NCBI GenBank assembly: GCA_951406725.2
Contig: OX597822.1
Span: forward strand, 110,484,001 to 110,548,000
Direction: 5' to 3'
Length of the DNA stretch: 64,000 bases
From: Octopus vulgaris
Lineage: Eukaryota
Positions within the stretch are counted from its first letter, which is position 1. Each line of letters opens with the position of its first letter. The translations under genes were made by a program, and so were the position numbers. Under the pieces are notes generated by a model that was given only the letters and a program-made list of their open reading frames with translations, was not told where the DNA came from and did no database searches. Shown piece by piece: positions 51,326 to 64,000 of this stretch.

Positions 51326-52380
51326 TCCATCTACGCAAACACATAAAACACACGCACACACTCATACACACACATATATATATTTACATATGTATGTTAC
51401 ATATCTGCTATAGACATTACTGCTCCAAATTATCACTTAGCTATGAATAAATCCTAATGAATAAGCACATAATAAATAATTACAGGTACAATATCAGAAC
51501 CCTACTAAGAAAAGCATCACTTTAGTAATACAAAAAAAATGCCTAAGGTTAGAGAGCTAAATTTTACCCACCCAGCTCTTTCAATATATCATGCGGAAAA
51601 AAACAAAACAAAATGAATCCATTATGTGTCAAGGAACCGACGAAGGGAAATAAACCTGTCAAGCGGAAGGGGGCAGAGATAATGAAAAAAAAGTAAAAAA
51701 CGATTTCAAAATTAAATCATACAACCTAAATTCGAGGTTTATACCAGCCAAGCTTATAATTTATACTAATTTTCCTTAACCAAATGTGCTCTTAATTTGA
51801 CCAATATTTGGCAACTTAATTATCAGCTTCAAATAAATTCAGACTTGCTTAATATACAGTTGTGTATTTCTAGGTTACAACTAAAGATTTATCATAATAA
51901 CCTACCCAGTCATTTATTTCATAAGATTACGCATTATATCTACCAATAAATCTCAGGTACTAACTGTTTGCCATTTCTTGTTACTTGCCTAGCAACAAAT
52001 GTCATATCTTAACTTAATAGGTCAGCAACAGCTGTCTGCATATAATATATGCTATTACTCTAATACATATATTTATGTATATATATATCTATGGATGTAC
52101 GTATGATATATCTGTTTGTCTGTGTGGGTGTATCTGTGAGTGTGCGTGTGTGTGCGTGTGTGCGCGTGTGCCAAGGATTGCGAGGGAAAATATGGTAATT
52201 CTTTTTGGCAATTTCGAAGCTGACATGAAGCTGTAAATAATAGCATGTATATAATGGTTTTATGTGAGCTTCGAGATTTCAAAAGAATTCTTCCACGTTC
52301 TCTCGAAACTTTTATGACATCAATAACATACAATTCCCGCTGTAAGAGTAAAGTGTCTAAAATGGATAAAGAAACTCGAA

Positions 52381-52455
52381 GGATTGCTTTGGTACAACGG
52401 TAGTACACGTATCATGTCTACCGGAGATGTGGATTCGAGTCCCGCTGGCAGTCTT
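52381..52455 (+). other. Degenerate tRNA-like sequence
   Basis: A-box-like TGGTACAACGG and B-box-like GGATTCGAGTCC, with termini GATTGC/GCAGTC able to pair. No canonical anticodon arm. Confidence 0.4.
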
Positions 52456-54584
52456 CGACTTCTCTATCCGAGAGGTTTATTCAGCTCGAGATTAACATTA
52501 TTATTCATCGCTTTGTGAACTTCGAGATTCCAAAGCACACGCACAGACATTATATTCTTACACACACACACAGACGCACACACACAGACACACACACACA
52601 CACGTACATATTCAATTGTTACAAGCATAGGCGTTCCTATTTTATACTATATAAAAAATGAGACAAATATAGTAAGTGATGAAAGATTAGTCAACGGTAA
52701 TTAATGGCTTTCATCAACTCTAAAACGTGATTTACAAGATTACGAATCTTATAGCAAAAATCAAAGATCAATTTTGTACAATATGGGTAACATGCGATTG
52801 AAGATTTATGTGAAGTATGAAGATAAGAAAACTTTATTGCTTTCCCGGTTTTGATAACTATATGCGTTTATATGTATTTAGGAATGAAATGTATAGAAAG
52901 AAAACCATGTCAAGCTATGTACTGCACCGGAAACCATCAAATTGCTTTAGGGTTTCGGCAAATACTAAAATATATTGTAATACACGTATCAGTACAAAGT
53001 TGTTTTATTAATATATATGTTTCTGAAAGGGAGTTTCATAGGAATGATATAGCTAGAGAACAATTTTGAACCGTAATAAATTGCTTTAAAGATGATTTGC
53101 TTGACAGATTTGAAACAAAAATAAGATCAACAAAATAAAATTACCTCGAATACGACAGTTGGTCATACATGCAATAAATACCCTCTGTTATGCTCAAAAG
53201 ACGCCATCTTTATTCAGTTTACTTCTTTAAACAAGTGCACGTGCCTTGTTATAGAATTTTCTTTTTCTTTTGTATAATTATATTATCATTACACACATTT
53301 CTACATGTTTATTCAATTATTTGTTTTTAGCTACATTTAATACTTCGTAAGTTATAATCTTCTTCATATTATTTCTATTTCCATTACATTTATTACCGAG
53401 ACACTAGTTTCTATAGTATATTTCAATATTTACTTTATGTTTTAGTTGATTTCTGTTTCACTTCTACCAACAAGTTCTGTAAATATATTAAATTCAAGTT
53501 TCTCAATAACAATTTAATTAACTGAACATCAGAATATTTTGCATTTTTTTATTTGTAAAAATTGAAGCCTGCAGAAACGATATTAGTTACATTTTGTCTG
53601 TTTATTTTATTTTATTTTATTTTATTTTATGTTACCGTTCATATACGGAATTATTTCCTATTTCGCACATATTTTTAGTTCCTAATTTGCTAACAAAATT
53701 GCTTTATACCATGTTACTTAGAAAAGACACAAAATCAAGAATAACAAAGCAGAAAATACACGAAATTTGAGATAAGAGGAAAGTAAGACAGCGATACAGA
53801 TATATTATGGATAACTGTGATTGGTTTGAAACTTATTAAAGAAATCTTCTTGCATGCTAGATATTAAAAATTGGATGCAATATTATTTCTATAAGCAAAG
53901 CAATACTTACTAATTAGTTACTGCAACGATACACACAACGGATACCGACAACCTGTCATTTTTTTCAAGGTTTCTTGAGACCAAGTAAAGCAACCAAAAA
54001 CAAATACGACACTGGAAAACAACAAACTGAATTCAATTATTGTAGTTTGGGGCATTATATTACACTTGTTTACGTTTTTTCTCTGAAAGTTTCATAAAAG
54101 CTGACTTCATTAACGGAAGTTGTTTCATATATTTTTTCACCAGAATTTGAACCATCATAAATATTTTGCACTCACTACAAAATATCAAGCAGCACTGCTA
54201 CACGTTATATATTTCTGCATTGATCTGGCTGCAATAATACAGATTTTTAAGAATAATAAAAGTTAACACTAACTCGATGATTCTAGTTCATGTATCTGTC
54301 ATACTTGATTTTACTAAATCATTGCATATCCATATATAGAAAAATATGTCTAATGCATTTGCTGGTAATTTCAAATCGATTAGTTAAACTCACACATGAA
54401 CAAATTCATACTTCATTACTCGGCTCGTTATGAATAGTCTGAAATGTAAATATAAAGTGACACCTGGTTTTGTAAAACATAAATTTCTCGTTTTAACATA
54501 GCTGTGAAAAGAAAACGCGGTGGTTACACAACACAGATTATATATACATACACATATTGATATATAATATTATGTGCATCGATC

Positions 54585-54661
54585 AACCAATCAATCAATC
54601 AACCAGTCACTCAATCAACCAATCAATCTATCAATCAATCAGTCAGTCAGTCAATCATTCA

Positions 54662-54713
<52 letters not shown>

Positions 54714-54758
54714 GTGTGTCTGTCTATCTATCTGTGTGTCTGTCTATCTATCTGTGTG

Positions 54759-54832
<74 letters not shown>

Positions 54833-54843
54833 AATCTATCTAT
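54585..54843. repeat. Compound (ATCA)n/(ATCT)n microsatellite
   Basis: Seen directly. Confidence 0.93.
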
Positions 54844-54862
54844 TTATTATTCTTTCTATCTA

Positions 54863-56448
54863 CATGGTGTGTTCGGGTTAAATTTGACGATTTTTATGTC
54901 TCTTTTATTCAGGGACACTTTGATGCATTGGTGAACAGTCAACAGCCCTAGAAAGCATAAGGATTAAATTCAATGATATCAGCGCCAAGCAGTGATTACG
55001 CATGCGTGAACTTTAGGTTAGTTAAAATATGTTTGCAACATATATCAACTTCTTAATGTTAATTCATTGCAATTTCTGTGGAGAAACTCTCTCTCTTACG
55101 GTAAAAAATGTAAAAATATAATATCTGCTCAGTGTTGCCCTCAGTCGGATTACCAGGCGCAGCGTTCCTGGCTCTGGCTTCCAGGAAATATCGAACAGAA
55201 GTAAATCTAAGAAGAAACGCTGCGTCTGAATATCTGACAGAGGGTTTTTGGCTCTTTAGACTTCGCCAATGGAGAGAAGTAACACCTGTTATTATAAGAG
55301 AGAATGGTTTTATCCACGCTAACTGCAGTGAATTTGCCTTTAGAAGTTGGAATACGTCACAAAAGTATTTCGATTAACTTAAAGTTTGCGTATATCTGAC
55401 CACTGCTTGGTGCTGATAGTGCTTAATTCCTCCCTATCGTGTGATCCAATAGCGTAGCTCGGTAACTGTTATTGATTTAAATCTACGTTCATAAGTGTCA
55501 TTGGCATAAATCGATGTCTTTAAATCTGCTCAGAGTTACCTCTCTTCGATATTTCCCATTCAGGAATGCTAAAGACTGATAAACGCTGCGCTTGTGAATC
55601 CAGTTGATGGCAATATAGTGTTTTTACACCATTTAACATAACAGAGAATACTTTCTCCATAGTAACTGCAGTGAATTTGTTTTTACAATTTGAAATATGC
55701 CACAAATATATTTCAGCGAATCTAAAGTTCACATAAAGATTGAAGGTGTCGCTGAGAACCAGTTAGCTTACATACAGGATTAGAAGCCATCTGAATATTG
55801 AAAAAGAGTAACCTGTATGATGCTGCTTCACTCCGAGTGTCAAAACGGCGATACGAAAACTTGCTCAAGGTTCTGAACAATGTAAAGGCTGTGAAAGGTG
55901 ACATGGACAGCCGCAAAGGAAAATACAAAGCCGCGACCAGCAAGAAGAGACTCAGTCCGATTGTCGGTGTTCGGCTCCATAACTTTGAACAAGGCGTTAG
56001 ACGCAATTCAGAGGGTTGCTGCTGGAAGGCCTTATTTGTGGCAGCAGGATTCGGTGGAAATAGTCAGAAATGGTTGTCGAAGAATTTCAACGATTTCAGA
56101 CAAAATTCGTAGTGTCCCAGTTCCCACGACTGTTATCTATGTGCGGTACGGGATTGAGAAAGACACCCAGTGCTCTGCCTGCGACCCCAAGGCCGAGTCG
56201 ATGGACAAGATCAAGGAGGTATTGCAAGATATTCCCAGGAGTTCAGTAAGGCATGCACGCTGCCGGTTCCAGAGCCGTCTTGAGACTGTGGTGGAAGCTA
56301 AGTGCGGCTACTTTGAGTAAGTTATGAACTCCCAGCCATAATCTAGTTGATAGATTTTTGAGATCTTAAAAATACTTTTATCCTTGGATGGGATATTGTG
56401 TTTTCCTTTCCCTTTATGCAAGCTGTCGTATTTAGCCCTAACACCCTG
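54863..56448 (+). mobile_element. Degraded maT/DD37D-like Tc1/mariner element
   Basis: C-terminal peptides RVAAGRPYLWQQDS, SQKWLSKNF and RFQSRLETVVEAKCGYFE* at ~56006-56320. Imperfect TIRs TA|CATGGTGTGTTCGGGTTAAATTTGAC and GTCGTATTTAGCCCTAACACCCTG|TA. Confidence 0.7.
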
Positions 56449-56460
56449 TATATATATATA

Positions 56461-56541
<81 letters not shown>

Positions 56542-57711
56542 ATGTATATATACATGAGAATACGCGCGTGTCAGGTCACTTGTGAAGTCTGTCATGAGTG
56601 CTACTGGTAACATACAATCTTGCACCGACATCACCTCTAGGTTTATCTGGAGTGTAAGGTTGTTACGAATCCAGCAATATGAAAAACAAGACCTGTTAAA
56701 AGGACGGATTAACCTAGTTTAGGCTCCGCAACTATCTCAATAGGAAAGGCCCTCAGAAATTCCGAATCGGTGTCCGGCGCACTGGGTAACGAGTGGGAGT
56801 GAGGTACCCCTCAGATTTTGTTAAAGCATGTCTCTAAGAGAAGGTCACTCTGATATAAAAGTAGATATGCAGGCAATGATATTGAACATTTTGGGGGTTT
56901 TCCACTTGCGCTTGGGATAATGGCGCTACCACATTCTTGAGGCTGTGGTCTATATTGGTACTGGATTACTTTATCTGGATTATATCTATAGGCAGAGTGG
57001 GCCTGAGAGGTATTAAAGCTTATTAGATCTAATATTTCATGATGCACAATCATAGGAGGGCGGTGTTCCGATGCCCCGGGCGAGTGGGAGGGCGTCGTGG
57101 CAAGCATAGTAGCTGAGGGCATAAACCCGGGGGAAGCCGACCGCAGGTTCAATGATCTCATGCACAGGCATTGCTGACGGTTTGCATGGCAATGTAATTG
57201 TGATTAATGATGGCCTTCCTCGGTCGTGGTGGTCAACCATCATTTATATACATATGTGTGTCTGTGTCTGTGTGTGCGCGCGTGTGTGCGTGCGTGTGCG
57301 TGTGTGTAAGTGTGTATATACAAATATATGTGTGTGAGTGTGTGTGTGTGTGTGTGTTTATGTGTGTAACGTATGGCCTGTAACCACTTTATTTCCCCTT
57401 CACAACAATATGAAAATGTAAATTTTTATTTTACAAAACTAGGGGCCGCTTTTTATAATATTTATATTCCAAAAATTTCTAATGGGTCGACTAGTACTGT
57501 AGGAATTGGTCCGTGCGTAAGTTTAACTAATCACATTGAAATTACTAAGAAGAGCATTACCCAGCCCAGAATATTTTCTTTCATATGGATATGCAACGCT
57601 TAAGAAATATCAAGTATAACTTAGATTAATTAGAACCATCAAGTTAGTGAAAAGTTTTATGTATCTTTAAAAAATTATTATTGTTGCCAGATGAAAGCAA
57701 AAAGAAACAAA

Positions 57712-58086
57712 AGCAAGAGCACTGAGAGAGCGCAAACCTCTGCACAGGCAACACCAACGTCCTCTCAACGATTAGCGAGAAATGATTTTTAGAATGAGAA
57801 TATCTGAAATAAATTCCACTGCTCTCACAAACGAGAATCCTAAAATTGAACTCGACCGCTCTAAAAAATTAAGTAAAGAAAAAAAAAAAGAATAATCCAG
57901 AATTCTTGTACGGTACCGTATCGATCCCAAAATCTAATTAGTTCGTGCCGGTCACGAGGCCAAACATCTCTAAAAGTTTTATCCGAATCCATCCAGCGGT
58001 TCTTGAGATATCTTGTCCACGGACAAACAAACAACAAAACACGACTGAAAACAATACCTCTACTTTCGCTAAGTTGGAGGTAATAA
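57712..58086 (-). mobile_element. HINE/DINE-1-like non-autonomous Helentron element
   Basis: The minus strand starts TTATTACCTCC...GAGGTATTGTTTTC and contains a (TTTG)n tract. It ends GCAGAGGTTTGCGCTCTCTCAGTGC (subterminal IR plus 3' stem-loop) in a T-rich site. Confidence 0.65.
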
Positions 58087-58549
58087 ACAATATGTTGCTG
58101 GATGTTTTGTAGTGAATGAAAAATATCTATGACGGTTCAAGTTCTGGCGAAAAAATATACGAAAAAACTTTTGCTAATGAAGGGTGATTTTCTTTTAAAA
58201 TTAAACAAAAACGAAAAAAAAAAAAAGATCGGAAACAAGTGTAAAATAATACTCCAAACAACAATAATTGAAGCCAGTTTGTTGGTTTGTAGTGTCGTAT
58301 ATGTTTCTAGTTGCTTTATTCGGTCTCATGAAAACTTGAAAAAGAAGTTACAAATTGTCGGTATCCGGTGTGTGTAAAGTTCCAGTAACTAATTAGTAAG
58401 TATTGTTTTGCTTATAGAAATAATACCGCATGCAATTTTTATCATCCTGTATGCAAAGATTACTTTAACATATTTGAAGCACATACATACAAACAGACAT
58501 GTGTGTATGTGTGTGTTTGTGTACGTCTGTATAGGTATCTCTGTGTGTG

Positions 58550-58588
<39 letters not shown>

Positions 58589-59022
58589 ATAAATGTACGT
58601 GAATTTTTTCTATGTGTACAAACAACACGGAAATACTGGGCTTAGTAAATAAATTTGGTCTCTTAAAGAACATAATAAACAATTTAATTTTGAATGGAAT
58701 ATTCTATCTAAGTCGTTTCTTTATAATAAAGGTAAGTCTGTTCTCAAAGAATCCTCTTCTAAACACGTTTAAAGAACGCGTTTATCGTTTCAAGCATTGG
58801 CAAAAACATACCTTTAGTTCCTATAAGTAATTTTTACTAATATACAGAACTCGAAATTTAACTGTGAATAGATATATCCATTATATATATATATCTATTT
58901 CCACACCTTTAAACTTTTTTCTATTTACTTATCGCTCTCTATTTCTGCACTGTTAGTTTTCTGCTCATTTCTTTCTTTCTCCTTCTCTCTCTATAAATTT
59001 CCTTTGACGTTACATCTTTTAA

Positions 59023-59274
59023 CGAGACCATGTATCGCCAAGCTTTTGGCAAAATTTGATGGAGATTCTCTGCTCAACTTTCTCTATCATGCGCAATGCG
59101 ACAGTCACGCCCTACACAACTTCCTTCGAAGCATTGCGGAAGTGAGCTAAAACGTTGAAACTTACTGCGCATGCGCACCAGAGCTCAGGGACAATCAAAG
59201 CCAAGCGGCTTTACTCTGCGTGCTATAGCTTTGTTACTTTAGCAACCGCCCGAATACTTATTGATCAGACCACG
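59023..59274 (-). mobile_element. 5' end of a mariner element
   Basis: Terminus TA|CGTGGTCTGATCAATAAGT. The ATG at 59090 begins MIEKVEQRISIKFCQKLGDTWS, matching the EQRxxIKFCxKLG mariner N-terminus. Confidence 0.8.
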
Positions 59275-59295
59275 TATATATGTGTGTTTATACAT

Positions 59296-59330
<35 letters not shown>

Positions 59331-59425
59331 AATATGCGTAAATATGTATATAAATATACATAAAATATATATATATGAACACACACACGTACACGCACGC
59401 ACACATACACACACACACACACACT

Positions 59426-59456
<31 letters not shown>

Positions 59457-59658
59457 GTTCCTGTGTGCATGAGGGAGATTATTGGCAGTGTTTACCTCAG
59501 CATATCAGAAATTTCAGTTTAACTATTTTGATTTTTTCGGTTCACTCTGCCTAAAAGCATTTTTGATCTCATGCTTGGACACACTGGAAATATATCTCGC
59601 ATGATTAAACACTGTAGTATTGTTTTTTTTTATTATCAAGGTTTTATCCAGAGAGGGT

Positions 59659-60045
59659 GGAGGAAGCACTCCGTCGGTTACGACGACGAGGGTTCCGGTT
59701 GATCCCAATCAACGGAACAGCCTGCTCGTGAAATTAACGTGTAAGTGGCTGAGCACTCCACAGACACGTGTACCCTTAACGTAGTTCTCGGGGATATTCA
59801 GCGTGACACAGAGAGTGACATGGCCGGACCCTTTGAAATACAGGTACAAGAGAAACAGGAAGTAAGAGTGAGAGAAAGTTGTGGTGAAAGAGTACAGCAG
59901 GGATCACCACCATACCTGCCGGAGCCTCGTGGAGCTTTAGGTGTTTTCGCTCAATAAACACTCACAACGCCCGGTCCGGGAATCGAAACCGCGATCCTAC
60001 GACCACGAGTCCGCTGCCTTAACCACTGGGCCATTGCGCCTCCAC
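59659..60045 (-). mobile_element. SINE family A, tail variant A2, with a ~80-bp flanking duplication
   Basis: Colinear with 17528-17904. Flanks 59581-59658 and 60046-60126 are direct repeats. Confidence 0.93.
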
Positions 60046-60330
60046 ACACTGGAAATATATCTCACAGGATTAAACACTGTAGTATTGTTTGTTTTTTTTA
60101 TTATCAAGGTTTTATCCAGAGAGGGTAGTGGATGACTGTTAGGGCAAATTATGCTAGTCAACATTCTTGAATCAAACCAGGCTTTGGCCGACTTTGCTTT
60201 AAGTCTTCTTTTGGTCATTGCATAACTAGCAGTCATATATATGGGCCTATATTCAAATATTTAACTTCTTCTGGTTGTACTAAATCCTCACCATTATCGA
60301 GTATGTATTCACACACATATAAACACATAT

Positions 60331-60630
60331 GTGGAGGCGCAATGGCCCAGTGGTTAGGGCAGCGGACTCGCGGTCGTAGGATCACGGTTTCGATTCCCAG
60401 ACCGGGCGTTGTGAGTGTTTATTGAGCGAAAACACCTAAAGCTCCACGAGGCAGGGGGTGGTGGCGACCCCTGCCGTACTCATTCGCCACAACTTTCTCT
60501 CACTCTTTCTTCTGTTTGGCCTGCTCGCTTAGCCAACGGGATGTTGTCATTTGAAGGCTAAAACAATGCGTAGCGCATTGTGACCAGCGATGTGTAGCAG
60601 CATCTGATAGCCTGGTCGGTGACGGTGACG
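60331..60630 (+). mobile_element. SINE family A, tail variant A3
   Basis: Full head. 12-bp TSD ATAAACACATAT at 60319-60330 and 60631-60642. Confidence 0.93.
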
Positions 60631-62350
60631 ATAAACACATATAATGTTTGCGTTTGTGTTCGTATGTGTGAGTGCGTATGTATGTGTATGTGTGTATATA
60701 TGTGTGTGAGTGTGCGTCTGTGTGCCTGTGTGTATCCATGAGTATTTGTGTGTGTGTAACAATAGTTGTTTCTGATTCGACGTTTGTTTCTTATCACAAG
60801 ACTTGGAAAATTATTTGCTGCGTATTGATCCATTCTACTGATACATGTATTGCTGCATGTAAATACAAATGCAGTTTTATTGTCTCTGCATGTTTTAATA
60901 TACAGTGATATTGTTGCAACTTCATTAAATTTCATTGTATGAAAACCCTTCAGAGATAAGCATAATCAATATTTATATATTACTGTCAGTTGGGAGTTGT
61001 TTTGTTTCATATTCTTTTCTCTTAAATATTTATTAATATCCTTTTGATGGAGTTTCATTCAGTGAACCTAAAAATAAAATGTATGCTATTGAACGACTCG
61101 AAATAATTACATTGAGAACTCTGCATCCACAAATAACCCCATTTTATGCTATTTATTTCGAATAACAAAAAATAAATTGCATGATATGACAAACACATAT
61201 TAGAAATATAAACATATATATATATATATTCAGTAGAGAAATCATATAAATCTATAAGTGTATTCAATTGCAGGATTTTCAATTTCAATTTGATATTTTC
61301 TATTCATTTTTGTCTTAACTATATCTATTGTCATCTCCGTACACGTTTTTGAATCTATATTGAAGCTCGGTGACATGAGATAAGAGGATTAAGTTTGCAT
61401 ATACATTGAAGTCTGTATCAGAATAATTTACTTGATTCTAGCGACTATATATATTTTTTGTTTAGGATCAACTGAGCAGAGAATAAATGAAAATATCAAC
61501 ATGTCTGTATTTTAGCTTTAGTTCAGTAAATATGTTTAAGGCTGAGAATAGAAACATTGGACAGTTTTGTGCTTTGACATGTTACTAATTCAATTAATTG
61601 GATAAGCAGGCGGTTATTTGGATTAGGCTGACTTTCCTGACAATGCTAATTTTCATATGAATTACGCATGGTAAACAAAAGAGGCAAATTAATTGAATGA
61701 TTAGGCTAAAATAAATACTATAGAAATGACATGTAACCAATGGTAGCCGTGTAAAACGAAACCTTCTTTTTTTCTAATAAAATACATGATGGCAAGTTCA
61801 TGATATTTACTTCTATGGAAATATGATGCTAGACAACAGGTAATGCGTTGATAGCTATTCACTGCTGTTGCTGCGTTTTCATCAATAATATAATAAGAGA
61901 AACTAAATACAAGAGAATGTAGCTGTCATTTTTTTGTCATGATATCATTATAATTAATGTCACGATTGATATATAATCATCATATTTTGTTACATTTAAT
62001 TACATTACAAACAATATATTGATGACAATCTTGTCATTACTTTCATAATTTGTAAAAGTGCAGGTTGAAATATTGGTTTTCTCCTTCATTGAAAATATAC
62101 ATTGAACGCAATATGAGATTAATCTACAGTTTCTGTTCAGTTTTGTCTTAATTCTTAAATCGAACATGGCTTAATGACAGAGAATTCAATATTTAGACCT
62201 GGAATGTTCATATGCAAACATGGTAGGATTACCCAGCATTCTCTCACAATACTGCTATAATAATATTTCTATGTATCAAAACTTCTACAATTAAATAATA
62301 TTGTCTTGGCAACTTATTTCCGTTGCGTTGTGTATTTCTGGCAATAATAT

Positions 62351-62426
62351 CCCGGTCTGGGAATCGAAACCGCGATCCTATGACCGCGAGTCCGCTGCCC
62401 TAACCACTGGGCCATTGCGCCTCCAC
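62351..62426 (-). mobile_element. Isolated tRNA-like head of SINE family A
   Basis: 76 bp matching only the head of family A, with no body or tail. Confidence 0.85.
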
Positions 62427-62806
62427 CGTCACCAAATACATATCCCAGTAAGGAAACCATTTCAATGAATAAAATATTCAAAAACCGGTAATGAAGTTAA
62501 ATATATTGTAAATATTTTAATGCTGTTTATGAATGATGTTGTCATTATACAGTTGTTATTTTCTTGTTTATCCTAAAACCATTCAGGTAGTGAATAATTA
62601 TTATGAAGAGTTTTATTTGCATAGAGTTTTAGAAACAATGTACTTCATTTATTCGGAAAATAGCGTGTGGTTCGAGTGTATTTCACTGCTACTTCTAACA
62701 TGCCGGACAATCATGTTGAATAAATATTGTATCGATTGATAACTGGTCCCAAAACAACAGCATGCTTCAAAAATATTAGAATTTATTACAAACATTCTAC
62801 ATGGTA

Positions 62807-63327
62807 CCGTAAATCCTCGAGTATAATCCGCATTTTTTCCCCAAAATTTAAAGGTCAAAATCCCTAGTGCGTACTATATACGAGGTTAAAAAAGAAAATT
62901 ATTTTCTAAGCAATGTCGGAGTCCCTATTTTGCTGCCCCGCAATGTTTATTCAGATGCATTTTGTGATGTAGGGCGCGAAAATACGTTAAGCTAAGTCTG
63001 AAAGCAACGCAGTCATAAAGGAATCATCCTTAACTTGCAGTAAGCAACATTTATTAAAATAAAAGTATTCAGAACACTGAATAACATGTAACAAACACAA
63101 TTTGCAAACATTTACATTCCCATATAACAGTTAAGAACACCACTATCAGTGTATTGCTCATGCGCGGAAGTGTTTGTTCGACTAGTTACTGCTGGCTTAA
63201 TTATGCACGACTCAAGTTAGAGAAAGGGTGCGTATTATACACAAGGTTTAGGTTTTTCAGAAATATACCCCACTAAAAATCCCCTGCGTATTATACTCAA
63301 GGGCGGATTGTACTCGAAGATTTACGG
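62807..63327. mobile_element. MITE of the Tc1/mariner superfamily (pogo/Tc2-like ends)
   Basis: TIRs CCGTAAATCCTCGAGTATAATCCGC and GCGGATTGTACTCGAAGATTTACGG with TA on both sides. Subterminal repeats TGCGTA(C/T)TATA..C.AGG near 62869, 63229 and 63285. Confidence 0.88.
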
Positions 63328-64000
63328 TATATATTGATATATCGAAAGCGTTCCTTAAGAATATGAAATTTAAATGTCATTTACATTTATTATGAAGAAT
63401 TTCATAAAGTTTACAAAAACTATGAGGACATCTTGTCTGTTACATTCGGAGTTGTTACAACCGATATTTCCTCATAAATGGAAATGATCCACATTCGGAA
63501 AGTGAAAACTAAATACGCTTGAATGTAATATTAGACAACATTTAATTGACCGGTTTCGAGATTTCCCCTGGTTATAAATCACATCATTCGAAAGCAGAAA
63601 ACAACAAAAAGAAAATAAAAATGATTCAGGCAGGTGAATTGCTATTGTGATTGTATGTGTACAACGAATGACTATGCCAAAATAACTACATTGTCAAGAT
63701 CTTTATTATCCATCAGTTCTGAAACCTAACATCATCTCGCTTTTCATTGCATACCCCACGATAACTAATATATTTGACAACAGTAATTTAGAAATTACGC
63801 TACAGAGTTTTATCATTGCAATAAAAACAATATTTCATGTTGAACATCTATTATTACTTGAGGGAATATCACTGTTAATGTCTTCATGTCATCATTGTAT
63901 AGACGTTTTCATTGTGAATATCTTTTTTCGAAATAGTTATGATTGAATTCATTTGAATTCTCTCGATATTACAAGTACTGACATATTGCAACAGAATACC

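Noticed and set aside
60331-60406. Bona fide tRNA genes at SINE heads (also 62351 and 16919)
   Set aside because: A and B boxes are present, but there is no complete cloverleaf and the sequences match dispersed SINE families.

Overview
This is AT-rich, repeat-dense eukaryotic DNA with no recognisable full-length host gene. The tRNA-derived SINE families and abundant (TA)n/(CA)n/(GATA)n microsatellites suggest an intronic or intergenic stretch of a cephalopod (octopus-like) genome; that assignment is an inference. Almost all ORFs in the supplied track are artefacts of microsatellites or SINEs. The supportable features are: three tRNA-headed SINE families (working names A, B/B2, C); a headless (TAA)n-associated element (D); a full-length 5S rRNA copy fused to a retroposon tail; fragments of Penelope, Tx1/L1, RTE, CR1/L2-like and R4/Dong-like retrotransposons; mariner, maT and pogo-like DNA transposon remnants; and non-autonomous Helitron/Helentron elements. 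The most interesting signals concern how these elements relate to each other. SINE-B forms concatemers bounded by one TSD and shares its 3' tail with a Tx1/L1 LINE in the same window. The 5S copy may be a 5S-derived SINE. A Helitron carries an inverted copy of sequence from 2.6 kb away. One SINE has a TSD of about 80 bp. A 470-bp inverted repeat joins rearranged Tx1/L1 fragments. Several elements cluster in (TAA)n arrays. A few micro-exon candidates are reported at low confidence. No CRISPR array or prokaryotic system is present. All alignments were done by eye.
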